Below are positions 25,691 to 37,862 of a stretch of DNA of 64,000 bases, in pieces. Under the pieces are notes generated by a model. That model worked only from the letters and a program-made list of their open reading frames with translations. It was not told the DNA's origin and did not search any database. Position 1 is the stretch's first letter. Every line of letters starts with the position of its first letter. Location of the stretch: the NCBI RefSeq assembly GCF_963676685.1, contig NC_092354.1, positions 50,654,001 to 50,718,000 of the forward strand, read 5' to 3'. Made by a program: the position numbers and the translations under genes. This stretch comes from Mytilus edulis (taxonomy: Eukaryota).

Positions 25691-27470
25691 TTATCCTGTA
25701 TGAACTAAGTGAACTAAATGAACTTGATTCAATCTTCAAGCAATGAATTCAATACGAGATTAAACCACTAGTAAATGGAACAAGCATCCTCATTATCTAG
25801 CTACACTATATGTACATCTGATGCTGCCGAAATTGGTACCATTAAGGTTATTATCTATTTAATAGACATGTATCATTATTATGACAATTAACCTGCTTAA
25901 AAATTACAGAACTTACCCATTTAGCTATATGAAGAAATAAATTATTTCTATAATTTTTATTATTTTTACAGAAGTTCTTTTTGTTCGTGGATTAAGGTAG
26001 TCATGTGATAGACTTTACCCTGACTCCGGGAAGTTATTGTTCTTTGTCAATATTCTAAGGAATTTGTTTTTTGGAAGAATTTAATTTCGAACGCAGATAG
26101 ATTTTGATGGCAGATTTATGCATATGTTAGAATAGACTTTAAGCGATTAGAAGTTTGACATATATGTGACCCTTATGACATTTCGGGCTAATGGTGGTAT
26201 ATGCCATAGTAGATTGTTTACGTGAAATTAATAATTTAGGATAATATCCCATTTAAATTGTGTTTAAAATTCACACATTATACCGGTCATAGTTAAAAAT
26301 AATTCTAAAACGGGCCAAAACTATACTTGAGATCATTAAAGGCATTTCCAATTGCAGTGTTTATGTTATTCTATAATTTAGTATAAATAATGATGACAGC
26401 ATTAACATTAAGTTTTTTTTAGTCAATCTAGTGTTCACATTGTAAGGATATATATCTGTACATGTTAATCAAACAAGATATTCTTGCCCATAATGACCAA
26501 AAAAATGGTCTCATCCCATGTCCGTTACTATGTATATGTTATATATGTTTGTCTGTCTTAAAACTATATTAACAACTTTTATGTGTTGATCAAAGTTTCC
26601 TTGTATCCCCTAATATTGTTGATTATGCTGTTTAACTGTTCAATCTTACTCTGCATTGATATATGATTTCTTCTTGAGAATAGATATCAAGATCAGGAAA
26701 AGAGCAGTGGTCATTGTAAGTATTAGCTTTATTCAAAGTTAGTTCAACAGGATATTATTTTTTCGTTTACATATTGAGGTCGTCATCATTGAGAGCCAAT
26801 ATATCATCCAAATATCTTAAAGTATTGTAATTTTTTGGTAAAAACCTAGTTTGATGTCGTAGGCTCTAATCGATGTTATAAAACAGTGCCAGAAAAAACC
26901 AAAACATAACTTTTGATGGTTACAAGAAATATTGTGTAAACAGTACTTTAGTTATGGGAACAGAACATTTATTCTTTCACACTACTTATCTATGACATAG
27001 ATAAATCGAACAGACACAAAGAAGTAACAAATAAAACAAAATACAATTCGAGGTAAAGCAAGTATAAATATACAATGTATAGTTCTTATATAAGATTTTA
27101 ACGGTGACACATGCTACAAACTTACTGGTAACATGTGTTTATTTACAGGTAAAACCTTTGCTAAAATCCCACTAGTTCTAAAAATAATAAAATGAGATAG
27201 TTCTGCATCAAGACAGTCACCTTTATACAATATGCGTATTCGGACATATCTTCAAATATCCCATAACGAAAATTGATGAAAAAATATATGTTTTTTATAA
27301 AGATCGGAACAACTGAGTTTTTATTCAGGAGCTGACTGTATTTTACCATCTTTAAGCAGCTATTTATGCATGATATAAAACGGTCAATTGTATCAAAGTA
27401 AAAAATAAAACTGCTCAATTGATTTCTATATTTTTTACTAAAACAATAGTCAAACATATGTTACTATATA

Positions 27471-28631
27471 CTATGGTCTTGCATATCTTCCAATGAATAG
27501 CGGTGTACCTGTTTCGTCATCCTGAATTAAAAACAGGAAAGGATGATCAGCAATAAATTGAAATGGCTGTGGCTTAGGATCTTGTACTGAAGCAATTACA
27601 CCAGTTATTGTAGTAACAGCTGCCGCTTCCGTTCCCTCTTCGTTCACTTCGATATAAGCTTTGTGACATGCATCAGACACGACAACGCGTGTTTGATCTG
27701 ATTCGAAGATTTCACTAAAGTCTGCAATTTTGTCGTCAAAGATTTCTGTTATTCCTAAAGCTGTACAAACTGGCTTCAAATCGTACTCGCTTGTCATTGT
27801 AAATTTGGGAATTCTTATGAGTGTCTTTTGAGTCTTTAGGCCTTTAACAAGTGTATCGACATTATCTATAGTAAGTTTACTTTCTAGTTCAGAGAGTCCG
27901 TCACCAGAATTTGGCAAAACAAATACCATTGAGATCTGGTTTCCTTGATATGGCAATTGTAAAATCTTGCAGTCAAGCGAAAGGTCTTCGCCCGACTTTG
28001 CATCAAACTCACCATACATCATATTAACTAGCTTTTGCTCATTCGCTTTCACGAAAAAGTTTCTTTGTAAAGTGTCATTCTTGTTGAACTCTTTTTTCCA
28101 AGTACCTTTAAAGTAAATTGCGTTTACTAATACTACTAAAGTATTTGCATCAACTACACCTTTTGGAATCATATCTTTTATTATATTGTTGGTATTTTTT
28201 GAAATCCAATCATTTATTGTCAATCGTGACTGTTCTGCTTCTGTTACAAAATCCAAGAGTTCAACATCACTTCCATAATATGTAGTCGCTTTTGTACTAA
28301 AAGTGTTCAAAAGATTTAGACCCTTCCTGGCGAACAACCTGTTTGCAATAGATATTGATACTCCTTTTGCTGTTCTCGTTAAGAGTTCATTATTAAGACG
28401 TTTGTATCCGTGGTCAATATCGTCTGGTTCTTCATATTCGAAAATAACAGATTTCATCTGGTTTTTAGTCGTTTTGCCGGTTCCAAGCATAAGAAGTAAC
28501 AATGCTGACGTGATACTGTATGGCGAAATGAATTCATTTCCAGTTCTGTCTAGTTTGCTATACAAGGAGTTGGAAAAATTTGCAATTCCTTCTTCAAAGA
28601 CAACATTCGATACATTTACTTGAGAAGCCAT
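27471..28631 (-). CDS. Serpin S2, 386 aa from the paralogous ATG (398 aa if the TE-derived ATG at 28667 is used)
   Basis: Closely similar to S1. RCL EEGTEAAAVTTITGVIA-SVQDP, predicted P1 Ala. The MASQ start matches S1 and S3. Confidence 0.95.
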   Translation of the reverse strand: MASQVNVSNVVFEEGIANFSNSLYSKLDRTGNEFISPYSITSALLLLMLGTGKTTKNQMKSVIFEYEEPDDIDHGYKRLNNELLTRTAKGVSISIANRLFARKGLNLLNTFSTKATTYYGSDVELLDFVTEAEQSRLTINDWISKNTNNIIKDMIPKGVVDANTLVVLVNAIYFKGTWKKEFNKNDTLQRNFFVKANEQKLVNMMYGEFDAKSGEDLSLDCKILQLPYQGNQISMVFVLPNSGDGLSELESKLTIDNVDTLVKGLKTQKTLIRIPKFTMTSEYDLKPVCTALGITEIFDDKIADFSEIFESDQTRVVVSDACHKAYIEVNEEGTEAAAVTTITGVIASVQDPKPQPFQFIADHPFLFLIQDDETGTPLFIGRYARP

Positions 28632-28866
28632 CGGTGACAATATAATGGAATTTGATGCGACTGTCATACAAGTGAGAGGTTTAGCTAGCTATAAAACCAG
28701 GTTCAATCCACCATTTTCTACATTTGAAAATGCCTGTACCAAGTCAGGAATATGACAGTTCTTGTCCATTCATTTTTGATGCGTTTTGTTATTTGATTTT
28801 GCCATGTGATTATGGACTTTCCGAATTGATTTTCCTCTGAGTTCAGTATTTTTGTGATTTTACTTT
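28632..28866 (+). mobile_element. 235-bp interspersed repeat inserted immediately 5' of the S2 ATG
   Basis: The empty site cat|ttaagagc is seen in S1 and S3. The insert matches the family at 11875-12160 and 48930-49240. Confidence 0.92.
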
Positions 28867-29389
28867 TTAAGAGCCTATAACACGAAATACATCAACTATG
28901 ATAGTTGCAAGTTATTTTAAGATGCATCTTTATATATACTGGTCTAATCGGCTTTGACACATGTTTGTTTGTAAGAATATGCATTTATATATTTATATAC
29001 ATAGCTTGTAAATCATGAATTAATTAACATACTTCGCAAAACAGCACCACAATCATCATTCACATATGTGACTCAGTAGCATAGAATTGCATTATGTTTT
29101 ATTTATCTTGCTGACAGAAGTGTGCATTTGAAAAAAAGGAAGCAGTTTTATATTTTTTCGATTATGTAATTCTCTTTAAAATACGTTTGTATTACTTGTG
29201 GCTGGTTGTTTTTGATTTTTTGTAAAGTAGTTGTAAATAAAGGTATCAGAATGTATTGGATAAGTTTGGAAGGCAGATTAAACACTGTAAGAATGAAACA
29301 AAGTTGTCTTTTGTGATTTACTGATTTACTATATATTTCAATGCTCTTAAATTTTGTACTTGTTTGGCTTTATAAATATTTTGATATGA

Positions 29390-29432
29390 GCGTCACTGAT
29401 GAGTCTAATGTAGACGAAACCGCATCTGGCGC
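29390..29432 (+). ncRNA. Minimal hammerhead ribozyme, degenerate stem III
   Basis: GCGUCA CUGAUGA GUCUA-AUG-UAGAC GAAA CCGCA UC UGGCGC, within repeat fragment 29336-29465. Confidence 0.65.
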
Positions 29433-30916
29433 ACTAAATTATAATCCTGATACCTTTGATAACTATTGAATACATAATAGATTTCTCAAAATAACCAAGA
29501 ATAATTAAAGAATAGTTATATAAATGTAAGACTTAAGAAATATAAATTGCAGTTTATCATGTTCCGTTTCATGCAGGAACGAAAAGAAAGTATAAAATTG
29601 ATCAAATGAATAATAAAAGTACAATGAGGTCTCTGTGATTTACATTTAATGTACTGTATGCAGACAATGCAAAAAGCACAGTATTACTTTTAAATGGTTT
29701 ATCGACAAGTAGCTAACACTGTTTGATGACGATTTGTAAAAAAACGTATTTGTGCAGTTTTGCTTTTCATTTTTTTTCAAGGAGTTTTTTCTCTGATGAT
29801 TTTGTTGTTGTTGTTGTTGTGTATCTGTTAAGTTAATTTTTCATAGACAGATTGAAAAAAATACACAATAAGATATTGAGAGATCAACATGTGGTCAACA
29901 AAAAAGTGTCTATACACATGCTTATCACTTAAGACCTTGCAATCATGTTTGGTATAGATACTAGCTTGTCGTTGATGATCCTATGTTGACAAACAGATGT
30001 CTTTCATACAAAAGTCAACACGCTAAAGAAGGTTATTATCTAGGGATAAGTTTCAAATAATTCTTAATATCACAATAACTATAATAGATATATACTAGAT
30101 ATGTAAATATTGGACATTACATTATGTATTTATGATGAAAACTCGAGCCATTTGAACTTTTTTTGAAGATAGACTATTCCACTAGGATCGACGGATTGAA
30201 AGTTATTATTACAAATGCATAGGAGCCGACTTATCCTTATTTTCTATTTTTGAAACTTTTTACGAAAGGTTAAAACTGAGCCATGAATACAATCTATTGT
30301 ATATTTAGAAATAATTTAAAGATAGTTTGATCTTGACCTGTATTCCTACAACGCAAATCCGACATTAAACCACGATTTTATTATTACAACTTCATCTGGC
30401 CTTGACCATGTTGACCCTTTGTGGTTTGTGTCTTTATGAAAAACTGCTAACAATTAAAATAATTTAATATATCATCTATTATGAAGTATATGAACATGCA
30501 CAACAATCAGATATATGTAGGCATACACAATCATTGATATGAAAATCGTGAGATGTGTAACGTTATGAAATAAACAAATTTCATTTAAACAACATATGAG
30601 TAGTACAGGAAAAACTACAGGTATTTATTCGGTCGTCAAAAATATGTCAAACTTGACCGTAATATAATTTATAACAGAAAACATGTGATTACAAAATATA
30701 ACAGTGAAATATTTCTTAATTTTCATAAAAGCAGTAACTTTAAATATTTGTAAAAAAATTACTAATGACAATAAGCGGATTTTATGCTCACAGATAATCT
30801 CCAATTTAGACATGTATTTAGCACAGAATAAAATTCGGCCGTATAGTAAACTAATACAGGCATTAGATGATAAAGTTGGAAACAGTATAGAAATCAATTG
30901 CCGATTTATACATAGA

Positions 30917-31070
30917 AGAGGGACGAAATATACCATAGGGACAGTCAAACCCATAGATTGAAAACAAACTGACAACGCAATGGCTAAAAATAAAAAAGAC
31001 AGACAAATAATTGTAAAAAAGACTTAAAATAGAAAAACGAAGGACTACGCAACACGAATCCCTCCAAAAA
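30917..31070 (+). repeat. Abundant interspersed repeat (agagggacgaaa.atacca.agggacagtcaaac family)
   Basis: Copies near 36167, 59284, 52740 (reverse), 54495 (reverse), 44815 (reverse) and 11500 (reverse). Confidence 0.7.
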
Positions 31071-32560
31071 TAGTAGTTGTGTTGTAAAATGTCTCATTAA
31101 TACAAACACAGTAATTTAACATGTTTTGCCGACAGTAACTAATGAAAAATATCAGACCCATGATTCTAAACGAGGACAATAGGTTGGGTTAAACATGTTT
31201 GTGAATTGAAACTTAAAACAGCACAATACAAAGAATTTTTTTCACACCCAACAACACATCTTAAAACTGCATTGATTTGTGTTAAGTTGAAATAAATAAC
31301 CAAAAGAAAAAGGAAAGCTGTATCTTTCAAATGGTGATGATTAAACAATTGGAATTATATTCTGTCTATGAAGAAATAACATAAAAATGTGGTGCACACT
31401 GAACCCGCGTTACTGTTGAAAGTGGCCTTAAACATCAATCAACCAATTACAGCTTGAATTTTTCATTTTGCATGTGAAGGTGTGTAGACGTTTTGGTATA
31501 TGGTATTATATAGCCACCAAATTAATGTGAATTAACCTGTTCTTAAATGACTGGTAAATAGAAGTTGATCTTTCAGACTGATCCACTGCAGAAAATCGCT
31601 ACTTTAATGAAAATTTGGTTGCAATCAATTACAATTTTTTTTCGGTCTTTGTTAAACTGGTTCAGGAGCTATATTTGATCTCTAACTGGATCATTTGTGA
31701 TTAAGATTATAACACAATTGTGACTACTGTACTTCTTTTTTGTCAATTTCTACCTTTGTCAAATTAAGGGAATTGTATGTGATTATCATACAAGTGAAAG
31801 GTTTAGCTAGCTATAAAACCATGTTTAATCCACCATTTGCTACATAAGAAAATCCCTGTACCAAGTTTGGATTATGATAGCATATGAAAAGAACTTTCTG
31901 TTTTGGATTTTTCTTGGAGCAAGGTATTTTTGTTGTTTTACTTTTTAGAACATACTGAACTGACGGTAAACTACCTTAGTGCAGTACTGAATTTACTGCT
32001 ATTGGCTAGTTTTAGAATTGACGGCAGGTCTGAAAAAGGCCAAATAGTATTTTTGTCAAACTTTATACATAAGATCAGAATGAAATTCCACTGATTGATG
32101 CGCATTTTTCAAGAAACATATCATAGAACCTCGGCTTTTGAATGCAATAATACGGGAAAACCAACAATTATCATTAGAAACAAACAAGACAAGACCGAAA
32201 AAAATAAAAAGCAAGCAAACACTATTTTGTTTTTATAAAACGTTATAAAAAAATCACACAAATTATACAAACTAACTTAAAAGAGATGTTTATTTACAAA
32301 TATAATATAACAATGATTTCCTTATGCTTTGAATTTAAAACTTGATAGCTTTTCAAGAAACTTAATGGTTTCAAGACAGATAGGTATGAACACAATCTGT
32401 ATATACAAAGTAAGTATCAAAACTAAAATGTATACTACTTCTAAACAAACTTTGAAGTCAATCTATTCATCAAAATATGATTTTTCAAGTATGATCATTT
32501 TACACTTTTGAGGAAGTAGGTGCATTTCCCTGTTTCTTCCATAATTATGTTACTGTTACA

Positions 32561-33721
32561 CTATGGCCTGGCATATCTTCCAATAAACAGCGGTGTTCCT
32601 GTTTCGTCATCCTGAATGACAAACAGGAAAGGATGATCTGCCACGAATTCAAATGGCTGAGGATCAGGGATCCTCGCCGAAGCTAATGCAAGATTTAATG
32701 TAGTAGCGGCTGCAGCTTCACTTCCCTCTTCGTTCACTTCAATAAAAGCTTTGTGACGTGCATCAGTTACGCGCACGCTAGTGGCATCAGATTTGAACAT
32801 TTCACTAAAGTCAGCAAGTTTGTCGTCAAAGATTTCTGTAATTCCTAAAGCTGTACAAACTGGCTTCAAATCGTACTCGCTCGTCATTGTAAATTTCGGA
32901 ATTCGTATTATTGTTTCTTGTGTCTTTAAACTGCTTAAGAGTGTTTTGAAAGTATTAACGGTAAGTTTACTTTCTAGTTCAGAGAGTCCGTCACCGGAAT
33001 TTGGCAAAACAAATACCATTGAGATCTGGTTTCCTTGATATGGCAATTGTAAAATCTTGCAGTCAAGCGAAAGGTCTTCGCCCGACTTTGCATCAAACTC
33101 ACCATACATCATATTAACTAGCTTTTGCTCATTCGCTTTCACGAAAAAGTTTCTTTGTGAAGTGTCATTCTTGTTGAACTCTTTTTTCCACGTACCTTTG
33201 AAGTAAATTGCGTTTACTAATACTACTAAAGTATTTGCACCAACTACACCTTTTGGAATCATATCTTTTATTATATTGTTGGTATTTTTGGAAATCCAAT
33301 CATTTATTGTTAACCGTGACTTTTCGGCTTCTGTTACAAAATCCAAGAGTTCAACATCACTTCCATAATATGTAGTCGCTTTTGTACTAAAAGTGTTCAA
33401 AAGATTTAGACCCTTCCTGGCGAACAACCTGTTTGCAATAGATATTGATACTCCTTTTGTTGTTCTCGTTAAAAGTTCATCATTAAGACGTTTGTATCCC
33501 TGATCTATATCATCTGGTTCTGCATATTCGAAAATAACAGATTTCATCTGGTTTTTAGTCGTTTTGCCGGTTCCAAGCATAAGAAGTAACAATGCTGACG
33601 TGATACTGTATGGCGAAATAAATTCATTTCCAGTTCTGTCTAGTTTGCTATACAAGGAGTTGGAAAAATTTGCAATCCCTTCTTCAAAGACAACATTCGA
33701 TCCATTTACCTGAGAAGCCAT
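32561..33721 (-). CDS. Serpin S3, 386 aa, chimeric (S1/S2-type N-terminal two thirds, S4-type C-terminal third)
   Basis: Full set of serpin motifs. RCL EEGSEAAAATTLNLALA-SARIP, predicted P1 Ala. Confidence 0.97.
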   Translation of the reverse strand: MASQVNGSNVVFEEGIANFSNSLYSKLDRTGNEFISPYSITSALLLLMLGTGKTTKNQMKSVIFEYAEPDDIDQGYKRLNDELLTRTTKGVSISIANRLFARKGLNLLNTFSTKATTYYGSDVELLDFVTEAEKSRLTINDWISKNTNNIIKDMIPKGVVGANTLVVLVNAIYFKGTWKKEFNKNDTSQRNFFVKANEQKLVNMMYGEFDAKSGEDLSLDCKILQLPYQGNQISMVFVLPNSGDGLSELESKLTVNTFKTLLSSLKTQETIIRIPKFTMTSEYDLKPVCTALGITEIFDDKLADFSEMFKSDATSVRVTDARHKAFIEVNEEGSEAAAATTLNLALASARIPDPQPFEFVADHPFLFVIQDDETGTPLFIGRYARP

Positions 33722-34246
33722 TTAAGAGCCTATAACATGAAATACATCAAGTATGATAGTTGCAAATTATTTTAAGATGCATCTTTATATATACCGGTAA
33801 AATCGGCCTTGACACATGTTTGTTTGTAAGAATATGCATTTATATATTTATATACAAAGCTTGTAAATCATGAATTAATTAACATACTTCGCAAAACAGC
33901 ACCACAATCATCATTCACATATGTGACTCAGTAGCATAGAATTGCATTATGTTTTATTTATCTTGTTGACAGAAGTGTGCATTTGAAAAAAAGGAAGCAG
34001 TTTTATTTTTTTTTTTCGATTATCTAATTCTCTTTAAAATACGTTTGTATTACTTGTGGCTGGTTGTTTTTGATTTTTTGTAAAGTAGTTGTAAATAAAG
34101 GTATCAGAATGTATTGGATAAGTTTGGAAGGCAGATTAAACACTGTAAGAATGAAACAAAGTTTTTTTTGTGATTTACTGATTTACTATATATTTCAATG
34201 CTCTTAAATTTTGTACTTGTTTGGCTTTATAAATATTTTGATATGA

Positions 34247-34290
34247 GCGTCACTGATGAGTCTAATATAGACGAAACGCGCGTCTGGTGT
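34247..34290 (+). ncRNA. Minimal type I hammerhead ribozyme
   Basis: GCGUCA CUGAUGA GUCUA-AUA-UAGAC GAAA CGCGCG UC UGGUGU, within repeat fragment 34194-34323. Confidence 0.85.
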
Positions 34291-34575
34291 ACTAAATTAT
34301 AATCCTGATACCTTTGATAACTATTGAATACAGAATAGGTTGTCTCAAAATAACCAAGAATAATTGAAGAATAGTTATATAAATGTAAGACTTAAGAAAT
34401 ATAAGTTGCAGTTTATCATGTTCCGTTTCATGTAGGAACGAAAAAAGAGTATAAAATTGATCAAATGAATTATAAAAGTACTATGAGGTCTCTGTGATTT
34501 ACATTTAATGTACTGTATGCAGACAATGCAAACAGCACAGTATTACTTTTAAATTGTTTATCGACAAGTAGCTAA

Positions 34576-34971
34576 TAAAATTGAGAATGGCAACGGGGAA
34601 TGTGCCAAAGAGACAACAACCCGACCATAGAGCAGACAACAGCAGAAGGTCAATAACAGGTCTTCAATGCAACGAGAAATTCTCGCACCCGGAGGCGTCC
34701 TTCCGCTGACCCCTAAACAAATATATACTGGTTCAGTGATAATGAACACCATACTAAACTCCAAATTGTACACAAGAAACTAAAAGTTAAAATAATACAA
34801 GACTAACAAAGGTCAGAGGCTCCTGACTTGGGACAGGCGCAAAAATGCGGCGGGGTTAAACATGTTTGTGAGATCTCAACCCTCCCCCTATACCTCTAGC
34901 CAACGCAGAAAAGTAAACGCATAACAATACGCACATTAAAATCCAGTTCAAGAGAAATCCGAGTCTGATGT
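34576..34971. mobile_element. ~400-bp interspersed repeat present only in the second duplication unit
   Basis: Empty site at ~29716. Related copies at 39593-39766 and, diverged, 58510-58900. Confidence 0.85.
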
Positions 34972-37862
34972 CTGTTTGATGACGATTTGTAAAAAAACGT
35001 ATTTGTGCAGTTTTGCTTTTCATTTTTTTTTTCAAGGAGTTTTTTTCTCTGATGATTTTGATGTTGTTGTTGTTGTTGTTGTTGTGTATCTGATAAGTTA
35101 ATTTATCTTAGACAGATTGAAAAAACACACAACAAGATATGGAGAGATCAACATGTGGTGAACAAAATAAGTGTCTATACACATGCTTATCACTTAAGAG
35201 CTTGCAATCATGTTTGGTATAGATACTAGCTTGTTGTTGATGATCGTATGTTGACAAACGGATGTCTTTCATATAAAAGTCAACACAAAGAAGGTTTTTA
35301 GCTAGGGATAAGTTTCAAATAATTCTTAATATCACAATAACTATAATAGATATATACTAGATATGTAAATATTGGACATTAAATTATGTATTTATGATGA
35401 AAACTCGAGTCATTTGAAATATTTTTGAAGATAGACTATTCCACTAGGATGGACGGATTGAACGTTATCATTAGAAAGACCCGACTTATCCTTATTTTCT
35501 ATTTTTGAAACATTTTACGAAAGGTTAAAACTGAGCCATGAATACAATCTATTGTATATTTAGAAATAATTTAAAGATAGTTTGATCTTGACCTGTATTC
35601 CTACAACGCAAATCTGACATTAAACCACGATTTTATTATTACAACTTCATCTGGCCTTGACCATGTTGACCCTTTGTGGTTTGTGTCTATGAAAAACTGC
35701 TAACAATTAAAATAATTTAATATATCATCTATTATGAAGTATATGAACATGCACAACAATCAGATATATGTAGGCATACACAATCATTGATATGAAAATC
35801 GGGATATGTGTAACGTTATGAAATAAACAAATTTCATTTAAACAACATATGAGTAGTACAGGAAAAACTACAGGTATTAATTCGGTCGTCAACAATATGT
35901 CAAACTTGACCGTAATATAATTTAGAACAGAAAACATGTGATTACAAAATGTAACAGTGAAATATTTCTTAATTTTCATGAAAGCAGTAACTTTAAATAT
36001 TTGTCAAAAATTTACTAATGACAATAAGCGGATTTTATGCTCACATATAATCTATTTAAACATGTATTTAAGAGAGAATAAAATTCGGCCGTATAGTAAA
36101 CTAATACAGGCATTACATTATCAAGTTGGAAACAGTATAGAAATCAATTGCCGATTTATACATAGAAGAGGGACTAAATATACCAGAGGGACAGTCAAAC
36201 GTATAGATTGAAAACAAACTGACAACGCAATGGCTAAAAATAAAAAAGACAAACAGACAAATAATAGTACAAAAGACTTAAAATAGAAAAACGAAGGACT
36301 ACGCAACACGAACCCCTCCAAAAATAGTAGTTGTGTTGTAAAATGTCCCATTAATACAAACACAGTAATTTAACATGTTTTGCCGACAGTAACTAATGAC
36401 AAATATCAGACCCATGATTCTGAACGAGGACAATAGAGCATGTAGAGTGGGTTAAACATGTTTGTGAATTGAAACTTAAAACAGCACAATACAAAGAATT
36501 TTTTTCACACCCAACAACACATGTTAAAACTGCATTGATTTGTGTTAAGTAGGAAATAAACAACCAAAAGAAAGAGGAAAGTTGTGTCTTTCAAATGGTG
36601 ATGATTAAACAATTGAAATTATTTTCTGTCTATGAAGAAATAACATAAAAATGTGGTGCACACTGAACCCGCGTTACTGTTGAAAGTGGCCTTAAACATC
36701 AATCAGCCAATTACAGCTTGAATTTTTCTTTTTGCATATGAAGGTGTGTAGACGTTTTGGTATATGGTATTATATAGCCACCAAATTAATGTGAATTAAC
36801 CCGTGTTTACATGACTGGTAAATAGAGGTTGATCTTTCAAACTGATCCACTGCAGAAAATCGCTACTTTAATGAAAATTTGGTTGCAATGAATTACAAGT
36901 TTTTCGGTCTTTGTTAAACTGGTTCAGTAGCTATATTTGATCTCTAACTGGATCATTTGTGATTAAGATTATAACACTATTGTGACTACTGTACTTCTAT
37001 TTTGTCAATTTCTACATTTTATGTATGTTTGTTTTGTTCATACATCGTTGTCAAATTAAGGGAATTGTATGTGATTATCATACAAGTGAAAGGTTTAGCT
37101 AGCTATAAAACCAAGTTTAATCCACCTTTTTCTACATAAGAAAATCCCTGTACCAAGTTTGGATTATGATAGCATATGATAGGAACTTTCTGTTTTGAAT
37201 TTTTTTGGAACAAGGTATTTTTGTTGTTTTTCTTTTTAGAACATACAGAACTGACGGTAAACTACCTTAGTGCAGTACTGAATTTACTAGTTTTAGAATT
37301 GACCGCAGGTCTGAAAAAGACCAAATAGTATTTTTGTCAAACTTTATAAATAAGATCAGAATGACATTCCACTAACTGATGCGCATTTTTCAAGAAACAT
37401 ATCATAGAACCTCGGCTTTTGAAAGCAATAATACGGGAAAACCAACAATTAACATTAGAAACAAACAAGACAAGACCGAAAAAAATAAAAAGCAAGCAAA
37501 CACTATTTTGTTTTTAGAAAACGTTATAAAAAAATGACACATACTATACAAACTAACTTAAACAGAGAAGTTAAAAGAGATGTTTATTTACAAATATAAT
37601 ATAACAATGACTTCCTTATGCTTTGAATTTAAAACTGCATAGCCTTTAAAGAAACTTAATGGTTTCAAGACAGATAGGTACATGAGGTATGAACACCTCT
37701 GTATACACAAGGAAAGTATCCAAACTAAAATGTATACAACTTCTTAACAAACTTTGAAGTGAATCTATTCATCACAATATGATTTTTCAAGTATGATCAT
37801 TTTACACTTTTGACGAAATAGGTGCATTTCACTGTTTCTTCCATAACTATGTTACTGTTACA

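Noticed and set aside
28632-28667. MTVASNSIILSP as a signal peptide of S2
   Set aside because: It is encoded by the inserted repeat (the same frame appears at 49052) and lacks a sufficient hydrophobic core.
30625-36363. Similar short ORFs at 16612, 30704 and 35957 as a small gene family
   Set aside because: The starts are non-ATG, ends are inconsistent and run into a repeat, and the similarity is explained by the duplicated spacer.
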